From NCBI GenBank assembly GCA_963693365.1, contig CAVNZM010000008.1:8684818-8748817 (forward strand): a stretch of 64,000 nucleotides of DNA, in the 5' to 3' direction. Source of the DNA: Amoebidium appalachense (taxonomy: Eukaryota; Protista; Ichthyosporea). Below are positions 1 to 12,250 of the stretch, one piece after another. The notes under the pieces are model-generated. The model saw only the letters and a program-made list of their open reading frames with translations. It was not told where the DNA came from and ran no database searches. A program made the position numbers and the translations under genes. Positions within the stretch are counted from its first letter, which is position 1. Every line of letters begins with the position of its first letter.

Positions 1-520
1 CAACACACACACACACCAGTTTAACCGGTCATGTATCGCCAAATGTAGTTTGATAACCACATAATACCGCAACACACACACGTCACATTCACAACAGACA
101 CCCAGAAAGATAGTCTACCTGTAAATTACAACATCCTTGATTTTATACTAAACACGTGTAACTACGACCTGTTTATTAGATGTATTGATTGGCTTGAGAA
201 ACACATCACTACAAAATTCTAGCGCACGTGCACGCGCAAACACACACACACACACACACAGACACACACAACCAGCTGATACCGAGTGTCCCAGGGGAGC
301 CCCTAAAAAAGAAAAGAAAAAAAAAAAAAAGAAAAAAAAAACGGGGAACCCCAACTAATTGATTTCTCTTTGTAGTCTTTATGGTGTCTCGTAGAGAAAG
401 TAAACCCTGATATATAGTCATCACCCGACATCTGATATGCCGCTGAGGGGATATTCCGAGCAAAAACTCCCCCATACCTGAGGCTGGTTTCTCTTTGCCT
501 CGAGTAAACAGCGTAAACCC
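1..520 (-). repeat. Dispersed repeat family A, copy 1 (runs to the window edge)
   Basis: Its reverse complement aligns closely with 45647-46235 (e.g. GGTTTACGCTGTTTACTCGAGGCAAAGAGA...CCAATCAATACATCTAATAAACAGGTCGTAGTTAC...ACTACATTTGGCGATACATGACCG) and partly with 22161-22374. Confidence 0.9.
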
Positions 521-621
521 CCATGTGTACCACAGTGCACACGTACGCGTACGCACACACACGCACACACATTGGCAGTAGACACACGTACACAAGTATA
601 CGACGTACACACGTACACCGG

Positions 622-653
<32 letters not shown>

Positions 654-3483
654 ATATACCCCCCCCGTCGGGGGGTAAAAATATACCCCCCGTGGCGTGT
701 GGCACGGTTAGGGTCATCGGGCTTCGGGCCGTAGGCCCGAAATGCCCCTGGTCAAAACAGTAATTTCACAGCCTGACGAGACCTCCCCCATGGCTGTGCC
801 CTCGACGGACCGGCACGATGATCACGGCCATGCCATAACATGTTCAGGTTTCACTGCACCGTAGCTATCGTCATCACTATGTACATAGGCCATGATCCTG
901 AGGCTCGAGCTCGCAAAGTATGAGGATAGGGCGGTATGTACATTCCTAACTTTTTTTCATTTTACTATTTTTTTGCGCGCCAAACTGAAAGCGAGGGGAC
1001 GGTGCTCGAGATCATGAATGAACTGAGCGCCATGCATTGTGCTGTACAGTATATCAAGTTCCCCCATCAGGTGTACACCCTGGCGCGTGCGTACAAAGAG
1101 CGTACACTCAGTTACAACGGTTTTTAGATGCTGATATACTACTCTTATTAGCTAGTACTATGTCACAATGATCATTGGTACTATACTGTACATTAATAGA
1201 ATATGTACTTAGATCTACCATGCAAATGCACGTGCACACTGCGTCGATCTTGACCAGGGCCAGAAATTACAGTGCCACTTGGACCTAAAAACGTCACCTG
1301 ATTCTGAAACCCGAAAAAAAGCCACTTATCGTGGAACGCCAGGTCCATTGAACTCAGGGCCAGTGGACCTAAACACTATAAATATATATATAACCCAGTG
1401 GAGTGGAAGTGGAATACAGGCAAAGTTGGCAAAATACATGTGCGCCACCTTTCAAACAAGCCACCACTCCTAAACCATATTTCAACCCCTGATCTTGACT
1501 CTGAGAATAGTGCATGGCGCATATGTAACCAATAGGCAAACACCGCAAATCCAAGATAGATTGAATAATTTTTTTTCCCGCGGAGTTTTCGCTGTAGCTC
1601 TCATAAGTAACACTGCGACATATACGCAAGTAAAGCGGCCTGGCAATTGCATAAATTCAGTTCGGTACGTACTACGTATACGTGCGGTTTCGTTTGGCAC
1701 TAGCTGGTGAGGACCGTTGAGTCACACCGTGACCGCGTACATGTCCACGAGTGCATTTATGTGCTCGAAGACCGTGGTTCGAAGACCTTCGAAATAAAAT
1801 ACCGACGCCGCGCGTGCATGGCATGCGCATGATGGGCGTAAGCGTTCTTGCTTACACGAGTTTTTTTTACATGACCATGGAGCTCACGGGGAGTCCCATA
1901 AACATAGATACTGTTGTGCAGCTGGTAGTAGTAATATTTGGTTGCATGGGCCCTGTCGAATGGGGAATATGCTCTACCTGCTTTCCTCTTACCTAAAAAT
2001 AGCTGAGTGCAAGGAATCGGAACTTCGCAAGGAATAAAGCAGGGAATAAAGTTTGATTTTTGATCAATGGGTGCGGATCCAACCAATCAATGCTAGCGCT
2101 CGCACAGAAAGTGATCCCCCAAAACAGGCTGTGAAATATAGTGTGTAAACCCCCTGGGGGGTTTAGGGACAGAAATTGTTTTTCTTTTGACTCGGTTTTA
2201 TAGATCCGTTGATGAAGGCAACGTGCAGCCACAGGCTACATAACCACCATTAGAACTGAAAAAGCCAAAGCTACGAAATAAAAATAAAGCGACAAGTGAC
2301 AAAGGACACCAGCGGGCAAAACCTTAAGTGTACGTGTATGCGTGAAACTAGTTTGCTCCAACTAGTCATATGCATCGATGTTGACCAGACCACACTCCGC
2401 AAGAAGTTGGACATCATTACCGCTGCTTCCCAACAGGCCCCCCTCAAAATCTACCGAGGCACAGCAAGCAAGTCAGCGTCTAAAAGAGCAATGCAGACAA
2501 TTGTGCCTGAAAGTCCGAAATTTGTCCCTAACTTTTCGCGGTTAGGTCCATCAATTTCCGAAAAATGGCCCTAACAGAGCCAAATATATTAGAAAAGTGG
2601 CACCTAAAAACGGTTGTTGGCTCTATTAGCGCCATCCAGGCTTGTGGAAAGCTGCCAAATTGGCATTAGCCAAAAAAAACAAATTTCACACCCTGCCCCA
2701 AAACTTCCTTTCCGAAGCTCCGGATCGTATCATTTTTTTTTTTTTACGATGACTTTATTGAGATGCTATCATGCTCCGCAAAAGAGAAGCATCTCACAGA
2801 TATCACAGAGAAGAAAATACAAAAAAGCCTTACTCTCGGATACGGAGGAGATAACGACTAAGATAATCATATACCCGAGAAAACTCTTACGTATCATTTG
2901 CACGTTGACAAGTTGTGTAACCAGCTCCCGCCTCCCGGGAATTTGAGGCCACCCCATGGGGTTCTAATCATTTCCATGTGTGTCAGAACAATAATTTGTG
3001 CGTATTAGCTTTACATACTCAATATGAAAAATGTCTGGAAAAAATGCAATTCCTCTGTTCCACATATACGACAGTCGCCGTGACTCAGTGAATTGGTTTA
3101 AGGGGATTACAGAGATAAAGTAGATCGAATCAAATGCTTCGTGTACACTTGGTCAACCAATCGTATCGAGGAGCGGAAATGAGGATAGAAAAACAAAGAA
3201 CACGCAGGATACTCTGATCTATCATACGTGGCGCTAGACTTGGCGCTGTACTACAGGCTACTGACGATACTCATATAGCATTAATATGTTTGCTATTGTT
3301 TCAGACAGTTCTGAACTTGTGCAAGAAGAGATTTTAGGCCAAATTCTTGCATTAGTCGTGAGTGATTCACCTTAATGCAAAAACCGCACGTGCTGCCATT
3401 TTTCAAAAAAGTTTGCTTTTTCAACGTTTGTGCATTCCTGGATTATCACCATAGCGATTCTTCAAGGTTCTATCGCAAAACGG

Positions 3484-3489
3484 TATAAA
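3484..3489 (+). promoter_or_regulatory. Putative TATA box of zinc-finger gene copy 1
   Basis: CGGTATAAATGGTTCACGCTCAGCA is conserved with the paralog's CGGTATAAAAGGGTTCACGCTCAGCA (minus strand, ~20765-20790). CCAAT and CACGTG motifs upstream are also conserved in both copies. Confidence 0.6.
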
Positions 3490-3926
3490 TGGTTCACGCT
3501 CAGCAGACCGCAGCCAAAAGTGCCTTGGAGCCATGCACTCGCCATAGACATCTTATGCACCATTTCTGCTCAGAGGCTGAGTAGTTACTTTGGCTCACTC
3601 ATTCTATGGCCAGAACTAGCGCTGGTGCATAGCTACGACAGCAAACGGGTGACTTCATCATGTATATACCATCTTTCCCCTGTTCATGATCATCAATGAT
3701 TTATATATGGCGGATATTTTACTGAAATATATATGCACAGACAGTGTCCGATTATATTATAATACTAATACTTCACCTAGTTTGGCAATCTATTTGGCAC
3801 TCAATAGCGCTCATGCAGCTGCGCAGAGCCTGCGTTCGGGCCCTTGTACAACAAGGCTTTGGACACGTTTGCCCCTTTTACCTTGAGCTACATGCAGTCC
3901 AACAGTATTAATGATGCGTATGGTGT

Positions 3927-5769
3927 ATGGGAGCATGCCGTTGGCCCGCCATCCCTCGTTTTTTGACCATCATGAATATGAAAGCCTTCAGGTTGGAAAA
4001 TTTAATCACCACACCGACGTCCTTTCAATCTGACTCAGATTCAGTTAGCAACATGGCATCGCTCGCCGGCCCGGGACTCAACCTGTCTGAGAATCTAGGT
4101 CTCCGAGCACAGTTTAGCCGTATTTCAAACCACCACGAGGACGTTAACAACTTTGGTTTTTCACGGTCGACCCTCGAGGAGAAAGTTTCGAAAGAACCCG
4201 TCGTCAGTAGTAGCCACCATGATGCAAGTTCACAGTGGGCAACGACGTCAACCAGTATACGTAGTGTCTCGATGCCCACGTTTTCATCGCGTTTGCATGC
4301 AGAACCACATGCAAAACCATCTCTACACTCTCCTCCAATATCTGATTCAGTACCTAAACCTACACGTAAGCGCCCGTCGAGAACGAAAGGGATGAAATAC
4401 TGCATGACCAAGGATGACGAGTGTCCAATATGCAAAAACATGTACTCGGGTTACAACAGCCTGCGCAACCATGTGAGAAAGAAACACAAAATCAAGCGGC
4501 CCACGTCACACATTGCCCGTTTGCGAAGACAAACCCAAGAACTTGAGCGTCATATGGCTGAAAGGTATGTCGTGCCGTTGCTAGGCCTGGATCACGGTGT
4601 CCGTTAAGTTTTGGAGACTAGCCTAGACTAGTACTGAGCTTGCCAAGCAACGTTTAAATCTCGAACATGACCCTTCGTTGTGTGTGGGCGTTACGATTTG
4701 TGTTTGTTTATGTCTGTTAATGTGACAAGTCTTGCTTGGACAAGTTCATGATCTTCATTTCAACAGCGAATAACTTAATGGACTTGTGACTAAATATAAT
4801 CGTCATGTGCCATGACGATTATATTTATGAATAGAATTAGTGGATTGTTAAGACTTTTCAGCGGTGTGTGTCACAGTGGTGTATGTGTACATGTGTGTAT
4901 GTGGCTGTTTGTCTGTGTGTTTGTGCGTTGGTGTGTGTGTGTGTGTTAATGTACATGGGTGTCAGGTGCCGACCGATGCCAGTGTGCGTCCTGATGCAGT
5001 GACAGTGTATGTGCCAATCAGCAATTTCCAGAGAAAGAACATTTAGTCAAGTGGCATCCCATAGTAGTTCTGCAAATGATATACTAACACAGTGCACAAA
5101 AATTCTTTCAGGAGGAGACAAAACGAGACATATCAAGCAACCGATCGTCGCACACCGTCAGCTACAGGGAACACGCCCTCCGCTGAAATTCCGCATCATT
5201 CTTCGATGTTTCCATTTCTCTCTGACGGTCACCAACGTCCAAGCTCCTTTTCACTTTCGAAGCTGCCTGATGCGACCAGAACATTGCCAAGGGAAAATGT
5301 GAATACGGCACAACCACGACGACAAAGCGATGGGTTGTCTGACATTTCCTGGAGTTCCATCGAATTCGAATCCCCCCAGTCCGTTTCAAGTCATCGCTCT
5401 GGCAACGTAAGTTTTGGCGATTCACGAAACACCGGGAGAAATTATTCAAGCATGCAAACACATGCCTCCAAAAAATGTCCCACAGGTCCGGGAGGGTTGA
5501 AGAATGTCAACATGGAACCTGCATTCTCACGATATCCGAATTCAGTTGGGAACCTACAAATGCAAACCAATCAAATCCCGTCGTTAGAACCTGACAGCCA
5601 GTCGCATGGTTGGGTAAAGGACAGCTGCAGCGAACGGTCCCCTGTTTACAGGGATAAGGGTCCCAAGGGCGACCCGTATGTGGATATACAGGAAATACTG
5701 TCCGATCCGATAGTTTTGGCGCATGAAATTGGAGAAATTCTAAGAATTGCAAATGAAATTTTGACTTAA
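3927..5769 (+). CDS. Single C2H2 zinc-finger protein, copy 1 (2 exons: 3927 or 4053..4564, 5112..5769)
   Basis: [22 protein letters not shown] fits C-x2-C-x12-H-x4-H with basic flanks. Donor GAAAG|GTATGT at 4565 and CTAAC branch plus TTTCAG| acceptor at 5111 join the two ORFs in frame (phase 2). The same intron position and C-terminal [20 protein letters not shown] motif occur in the paralog. The start codon is uncertain. Confidence 0.85.
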
Positions 5770-5880
5770 CTGATAGACATAGGGTTCGTACTGATAGACA
5801 TAGGGTTCGTATGTGCTACTCAAGTAGCACATACGAACCCTAGGTCTATCAGTTAAGTCAAAATTTCATTTGCAATTCTT
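5742..5880. repeat. Near-perfect fold-back inverted repeat (~58-bp arms, 2-nt loop) with an internal 21-bp tandem duplication
   Basis: AAGAATTGCAAATGAAATTTTGACTTAACTGATAGACATAGGGTTCGT[dup]ATGTGCTACT-CA-AGTAGCACATACGAACCCTAGGTCTATCAGTTAAGTCAAAATTTCATTTGCAATTCTT, with one mismatch. Confidence 0.95.
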
Positions 5881-5982
5881 GATTTTTTAACATCGGTTCC
5901 ATAACTTTTATCGTATGAATATCGTATGAATTTCCAGTTTTAAGTTTTGCGGTCCCTGCATACAGCACGGCGGTGATAGTAT

Positions 5983-6066
5983 TCTGGCAAAAAGAGCCGT
6001 GTAGAAAGAGGGTTTGGACATTTTTCTGGCAAAAATAGCCGTGTAGAAGGAGGTTTTGGACACTTT
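5983..6066. repeat. Tandem duplication, ~42-bp unit x2
   Basis: TCTGGCAAAAA(G/T)AGCCGTGTAGAA(A/G)GAGG(G/T)TTTGGACA occurs twice. Confidence 0.8.
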
Positions 6067-6250
6067 CGAATCTGAATATGGATAATAAATTGAAACTGGT
6101 GGATTATCACCCGAATGAATCAGACAACAACATCTAACGGGCCCCCCATGCATATGGTACACATGGAGGAAGGGTGCCCTTGTCTGGTGTGTTGATATAA
6201 ATGCAAACGTTGCTGCTGTTTACTCGATGCAAAGACAGACCAGTTTCAGC

Positions 6251-6300
<50 letters not shown>

Positions 6301-6349
6301 GAGAGAGAGGGGGGGGGGGGGGGGGGGGGGCTGCTCGGTATATTTCTTT

Positions 6350-6579
6350 AAGAGTTGGGTCGGATATGGGCCGCATCATGGCATGATGATGGCCGATTGG
6401 TTTTGTTTGTATGATTGGGAGTCTCCTTTCCAACTGTGAGTGCACCATGATTTTTTTTTTTTTTTTTTTTTTTAAATAAGAGTTGGGTCGGATATGGGCC
6501 GCATCATGGCATGATGATGGCCGATTGGTTTTGTTTGTATGATTGGGAGTCTCCTTTCCAACTGTGAGTGCACCATGAT

Positions 6580-6599
<20 letters not shown>
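6350..6599. repeat. Tandem duplication, ~128-bp unit x2, each ending in poly-T
   Basis: AAGAGTTGGGTCGGATATGGGCC...GAGTGCACCATGAT(n) is identical at 6350 and 6478. Confidence 0.9.
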
Positions 6600-6619
<20 letters not shown>

Positions 6620-6654
6620 AATCGCAAACCAATGTAAACTCTCCACCAAAACAG

Positions 6655-6692
<38 letters not shown>

Positions 6693-6781
6693 ACATGCGC
6701 ACACACGGCATGCCATGTCTAGACATACAAATGCACGCACCGGAAAAGAAACTATACGTCACCACCCACACACTGATATCC

Positions 6782-6863
6782 AGAATTATTCTCAGCGACA
6801 CATGTAAATGTGCCTGTAATGTGAAGAATTATTCTCAGCGACACATGTAAATGTGCCTGTAAT
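6782..6863. repeat. Tandem duplication, ~43-bp period x2
   Basis: AGAATTATTCTCAGCGACACATGTAAATGTGCCTGTAAT occurs twice. Confidence 0.85.
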
Positions 6864-7247
6864 ATGACAACTCGTGCGATGAACTACTCAGGTGTTGCCC
6901 CTTGATTATATATACTATGTTTTATTAATTTTAATGTTCAACTTTAAAGGACTAATTAAATGTACTTTTTTTTAGGTGAAGACAAAGCCTGGGTTTGACT
7001 CAATGGCGAGAAGAGGAGGAGAGGGCGGCCGGGGGGTGGGGAGGGGGGGGGAGGGGTATACGTAGCTTGAGGCTGGAGAATAACTGAAAGAAAATCAACG
7101 TATGGGTGAGTGTGATTGTGGGAAGGCGTGTGTGCAACTGTGCACGACCGCTTGCATGCATGCGCGTGCGCTCGCGCTCTGCGTGTGTTTGTGTGTGTGT
7201 GTGTGCATGTGTGTGTGCTTACTTTCTTCATATGCCCCTTTTTGTGT

Positions 7248-7281
<34 letters not shown>

Positions 7282-7661
7282 GCACGAGATAGAGTGGTAG
7301 GGGGAGTAGGGGGTTGAGTTATCCGGTACCTAGGATGAAGTTGGTGGAAACCGAGTTTGTGAAAAGGGAGAGGAATACGAGTTTGGGGGGCCGGGGGGGG
7401 GGGGGGGGGGGGGGGGGGGAGGGGGGGGGGAGGGGTAAACGGACGTAGTACATATGCATGAAGACTTGAAGATGCCACTCTAATTTTATGACAGTCGTTG
7501 TCACTAAGACGGGGGGGGAGTGTATGTGTTACAACGTGTGTGTGCCGGGGGGGGGGGGGGGGGGGGGGGGGAGGGGGGGGGAGGGGGCAAGGCGGGTAGG
7601 AGGCGGCAGTAATGATAGTCACAAAGGGGGAATTAGTTTTTTTTTTTTGTTTTTGTTTTTT

Positions 7662-7699
<38 letters not shown>

Positions 7700-8342
7700 G
7701 GGGGGGGGGGGGGGGGGGGGGGGGGGAGGGGGTGATCTGCGATCACCGGAAGAGAGGGGAGAGGGAGGGAGAGGAGGGGGAGGGGGGGGGGGGGGGGGGA
7801 AGGGAGGACAGCAAGAGTGGATGAAAGATGCCCGTCATAGAAGGGCTGTTTTTTTCAGCTTTAAGAACTATATGACCCGTTGGCAGGGAAGGATAAGTAA
7901 CGCAGCTCAGCAGAGAGAGAGCAAGCGGGCCGGGGGGGGGGGGGGGGGGGGGGGGGTTGGGGGAAGCGTGATCGATGGATGGCGTGATGATATTTTGCAT
8001 GATGAACTCAAGGGCGGGAGGGGGGGGGGGGAGGGGGGAGGAGGAGGAGGGCCGGGGGACGAGGGGGGGGGGGGGGGGGGGGGGGGGGGGAGAGGGAATG
8101 ATTTCATAACTTCTGCTTTGAATGGCCTGAATTTTGGAGGATATGTTATGATTTGTGGATCGTTGGCCATCTTTTCTGAATTTGGGTGGAAGCAGGGGGG
8201 TCATGGTCTGGGGGCCAAAATTTCTCAATTTGCTTAGTACTTGGGTGGTCACTTTGTTATCTTTATTTTGGGCCGTGAATTGAAGATCTAAACAGTCCTG
8301 TTAAAAGAAAATTGGGTTTAAACACACACTCGGCATACTTTT

Positions 8343-8412
<70 letters not shown>

Positions 8413-8480
8413 TCACGGTGTGTGTGTGTTTACTATTTGTTTTTTCATATCTCTCTCTCTCTCTTTCTCCCCCCCCCCTC

Positions 8481-8518
<38 letters not shown>

Positions 8519-8625
8519 CCCTCTCCCCCCCCCCCCCCTCCCTGAGACTCTCTCTCCCTCCCTTAAAACCTCTCCCTCTCTCTCTCTATGAGACTCTCTC
8601 TCTCCCTCTCTCCCTCCCTCTCTCC

Positions 8626-8693
<68 letters not shown>

Positions 8694-8910
8694 GCTCCTC
8701 CCCTGAGGCTCTCTCTCCCCCTTTTAAAACCTCTCCCTCTCTCCCTCTCTGAGACTCTCTCTCTCCCTCTCTCTCCCTCTCTTTCTCTCTGCATCCCTTT
8801 CTCTCTCTCTCTAACTTTTACCCTCACACTCTCTCTTGCTCTCGATCTCTCTCTCCCTCTGTGTGCAGGTGTGTGCATGTCACGGTGCATGTGTGTACAT
8901 ATGTGTGTGT

Positions 8911-8991
<81 letters not shown>

Positions 8992-9005
8992 TGTGAGCGT
9001 GTGAC

Positions 9006-9077
<72 letters not shown>

Positions 9078-9679
9078 CGTGTGCGTGTGTATGTGATCGC
9101 GCGCTCTCGTGTGTGCCACGGTATGTGCTTGTGTGCACTCGTGCACTCACCCGAATCAGAGTTTGTGTGTATGTGTTGGGTCACGGTGAAAGTAACTGTG
9201 TGTGTCAGTGAGCTACACATCATGTATGTTTATATTGTACGTGTTTGTGTGCAAGTGCATTATGAAACTGGTGCTGTTGCTTGTGACTGTCTGTCAGTTT
9301 CAAGAGCAGCAAAGGACGGAGCTGCCTGGGAGGGTAGCGGTTGTGGTGGTGGTGGTAGTGTGGCCCCGAGGGGAGGGGAGCGGGGGTGGGGGGGGGGGGG
9401 GGGAGGGGGGGGGGGGGGGGCGAGGGGGGGAGAGGGGGGGAGGGGGGGATTTTTACATGAGGAGGGGGTGAGATGGGGCTTTGGCGTGAACCTGGTTTAC
9501 ATGCTTGTCGTTAGAATTCGAAGGGGGGGGGTGTGAAGAGAAGGAGAGTGGGGGGTAGGGGTGGGTGGGTGGGTGGGGGGGGGGGGGGGGGGGTTGCTAC
9601 CGGAGCAGAGGGAGGAGAGGAATGTGATAGGGGGAGGGGGTGGGTGGGTGGGTGGCGGTGGTGATTGGGGGGGGGGGGG

Positions 9680-9718
<39 letters not shown>

Positions 9719-9769
9719 GGGAGGGCGTACTCGGAGGGGACCAATTACTGCTGGGGGCACACCATTGGT

Positions 9770-9977
9770 GTTGCCGTTTCATATGCAAACCACCATCATA
9801 TTCACCAGTTCTCGTTTCTGATTTTAAACAATTCTGCCAATCAGATCTTGCACTTAAATCGCTGCCCCGGGTGCCGCCCGGTGTGCCCAAGCGGTTCCAG
9901 ATGCCTGTGGCCTACGCCATTGCCACCATCTTCCCTCGGGGCCTGCTGATACGCACAACACAGGTACGTAGCTTTTA
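9770..9977 (+). pseudogene. Orphan duplicate of exon 10 (9845..9963) of the cNMP-carrier gene, with flanking intron
   Basis: The 119-bp exon DLALKSLPRVPPGVPKRFQMPVAYAIATIFPRGLLIRTTQ differs from 27040..26922 at 4 nt. AG and GTACGT splice sites and ~70 bp of upstream intron are retained. No neighbouring exons were found. Confidence 0.8.
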
Positions 9978-10169
9978 ACATTTATGTTGTAAAATCATTG
10001 CATACCCCACCTCCCCACCCCTTTACTCTTTTGATTATTCAACCGTGTGTGTGTGTGTGTGTGCATGTGTGGGTCTGTGTGTGTATGTACGGTGTGTGTG
10101 TGTGTGTGTCACGTGTGTGTGTGCATGTCTGTGTATGTGTGACACTGTGTAATATGTCTCTCTCCTCTC

Positions 10170-10263
<94 letters not shown>

Positions 10264-10317
10264 CGCGCGCGCGCGTGCGCGTGTGTATCCTCACGCATGT
10301 GTGTGTGTGGAGGAGGT

Positions 10318-10348
<31 letters not shown>

Positions 10349-10481
10349 GGGGGGGAGGACGGGGGGCACCTTTTTTGGAGGGGGTGGTTGGGGGACATTT
10401 TCGTTTTTCCTTTGTCGGAAAAGCCCCCCCCCCCCCTCCCCCCCCCCCCCCCCACTTATTGCAACAAGCTCCAAGCATGAG

Positions 10482-10519
<38 letters not shown>

Positions 10520-10694
10520 CCCACCCACCCATCCCACCCACCAGGGTTCGAATTCTGTTTTTGAAACTTTGGGGTAGGGTCCATAAAGTTTGGGATTCGC
10601 CAAAAAAAACTTTGGGAATTCCGTTTGGGAAAATCCTCCTACACACCAACGCGTATAGGTTATATATAGCACTATAGCATACTGTTAGTTCACA

Positions 10695-11298
10695 CCATGA
10701 CTAGCATCCACGAGTCCCTGCTCTGCTTTAAATGACCCCCCCCCCCCCCCCCCCCCCCCCCTCCGGGCCCCCCGGGTCCCCCATCCCCCTCCAACCACCA
10801 CTGCACATGCTACTATTACGTACCACCCACCCACAGCATGCACACACTAGCTAGCACCCACGAGTCCCTGGTCTAATTGACTTCCCCCCCCCCCCCCCCC
10901 CCCCCCCAACCCCACACACACACAGTGTCACCATCCCTTTCCCGGGCCCCACAGTGCCCCATCCACCGAGGCCTCGCTCTGGGTTCAAAATTCAACTAAA
11001 ACACCGATGCTGTACTAGCCCACTCACAGCCAACCCCCCATCCCCCCTCCAACCACCACTACTACGTGTCACCCACAAGCACTCATGCACGGCATTGCAC
11101 ACACTAGCACCCACGAGTCCCTGCTCTGGATTATTAAATGAACCCATCCCCCCCCCCCCCCCCCCCCCCCCCTCGAGCTCCCCCCCACCGTCCCCTGCCC
11201 CCCCCTCCCCCCCCCCCCCCCCCACCACCAAAGTTAGCAGCATACACACACTAGCTAGCTAGTCACACAAACACACACACACACACGCGCGAGCGCGC

Positions 11299-11335
<37 letters not shown>

Positions 11336-11336
11336 C

Positions 11337-11394
<58 letters not shown>

Positions 11395-11526
11395 ATCCCT
11401 TCCTCCACCGCGACCCATCCCCCCCCCTCCCCCCCCCCCCCCCCCGGGCCCAAAATTCAACTAAAATTAAACACCGATGCTCACTTAAACACTCACAGCC
11501 AACCCCCGGCCCCCCTCCCCTCTCCC

Positions 11527-11563
<37 letters not shown>

Positions 11564-11715
11564 GGCCTATATACACATGTACACACCCGTGCATACACAC
11601 ACACCGTGACACATGTGCACAAACACATAAACAGACACGGCCACTGGGCCTCCTTCCCTACCTCCCCTTCGCCCCCCCAGTGACCCAAAGTAGTACCCAC
11701 TCACGGCCAACCCCC
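10695..11715. repeat. Degenerate local repeat interleaved with poly-C
   Basis: CTAGCA(C/T)CCACGAGTCCCTG occurs at ~10701, ~10851 and ~11104. CAAAATTCAACTAAAA...CACCGATGCT...CACTCACAGCCAACCCC occurs at ~10987 and ~11451. Confidence 0.75.
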
Positions 11716-12209
11716 CCCCCCCCCCCCCCCCCCTCCAAAAAATCCCCTGGAGGTTTTTGGGAATCCGGAAAAAAAGAGTTTGGGAAATTCCCAAACTTTT
11801 GTTTTGGGAATATCGAACGCTGCCACCCACCCCCCTCCCCACACACACACACACCAGTCGCTCACCACCTTCTCCTCCCTGACTCCCTACTCCCTCCGCC
11901 CCTTCCCTCCCACCACCCTACCCTCGCACCACCCACCCAAATGCAGCAAAATGTAAGGTAGTACGTGCAAGGGGTTCGGGGAGCCCTGGTCACCAACTTT
12001 AGAGCTCTCCATACATCAAGTATCCGGCGTTCTTGTGTTTCAAAGTTAAAATTTACAATTATATTAGTTTAGCTACCACCTGCCCATTCTCTTCCCTATT
12101 CACAAGGCACGTTCTGTGTTCATAGCTGTTATATCCCCGAGGATGAGCCTTATATCGTACGTGATGAACTATTTCTGACGCATACTATTCGTGTGTTCTT
12201 TTTTCCTTT

Positions 12210-12250
<41 letters not shown>

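Noticed and set aside
5983-6863. Short direct repeats as a CRISPR-like array
   Set aside because: Only two units each, no unique spacers, eukaryotic context and no cas genes.
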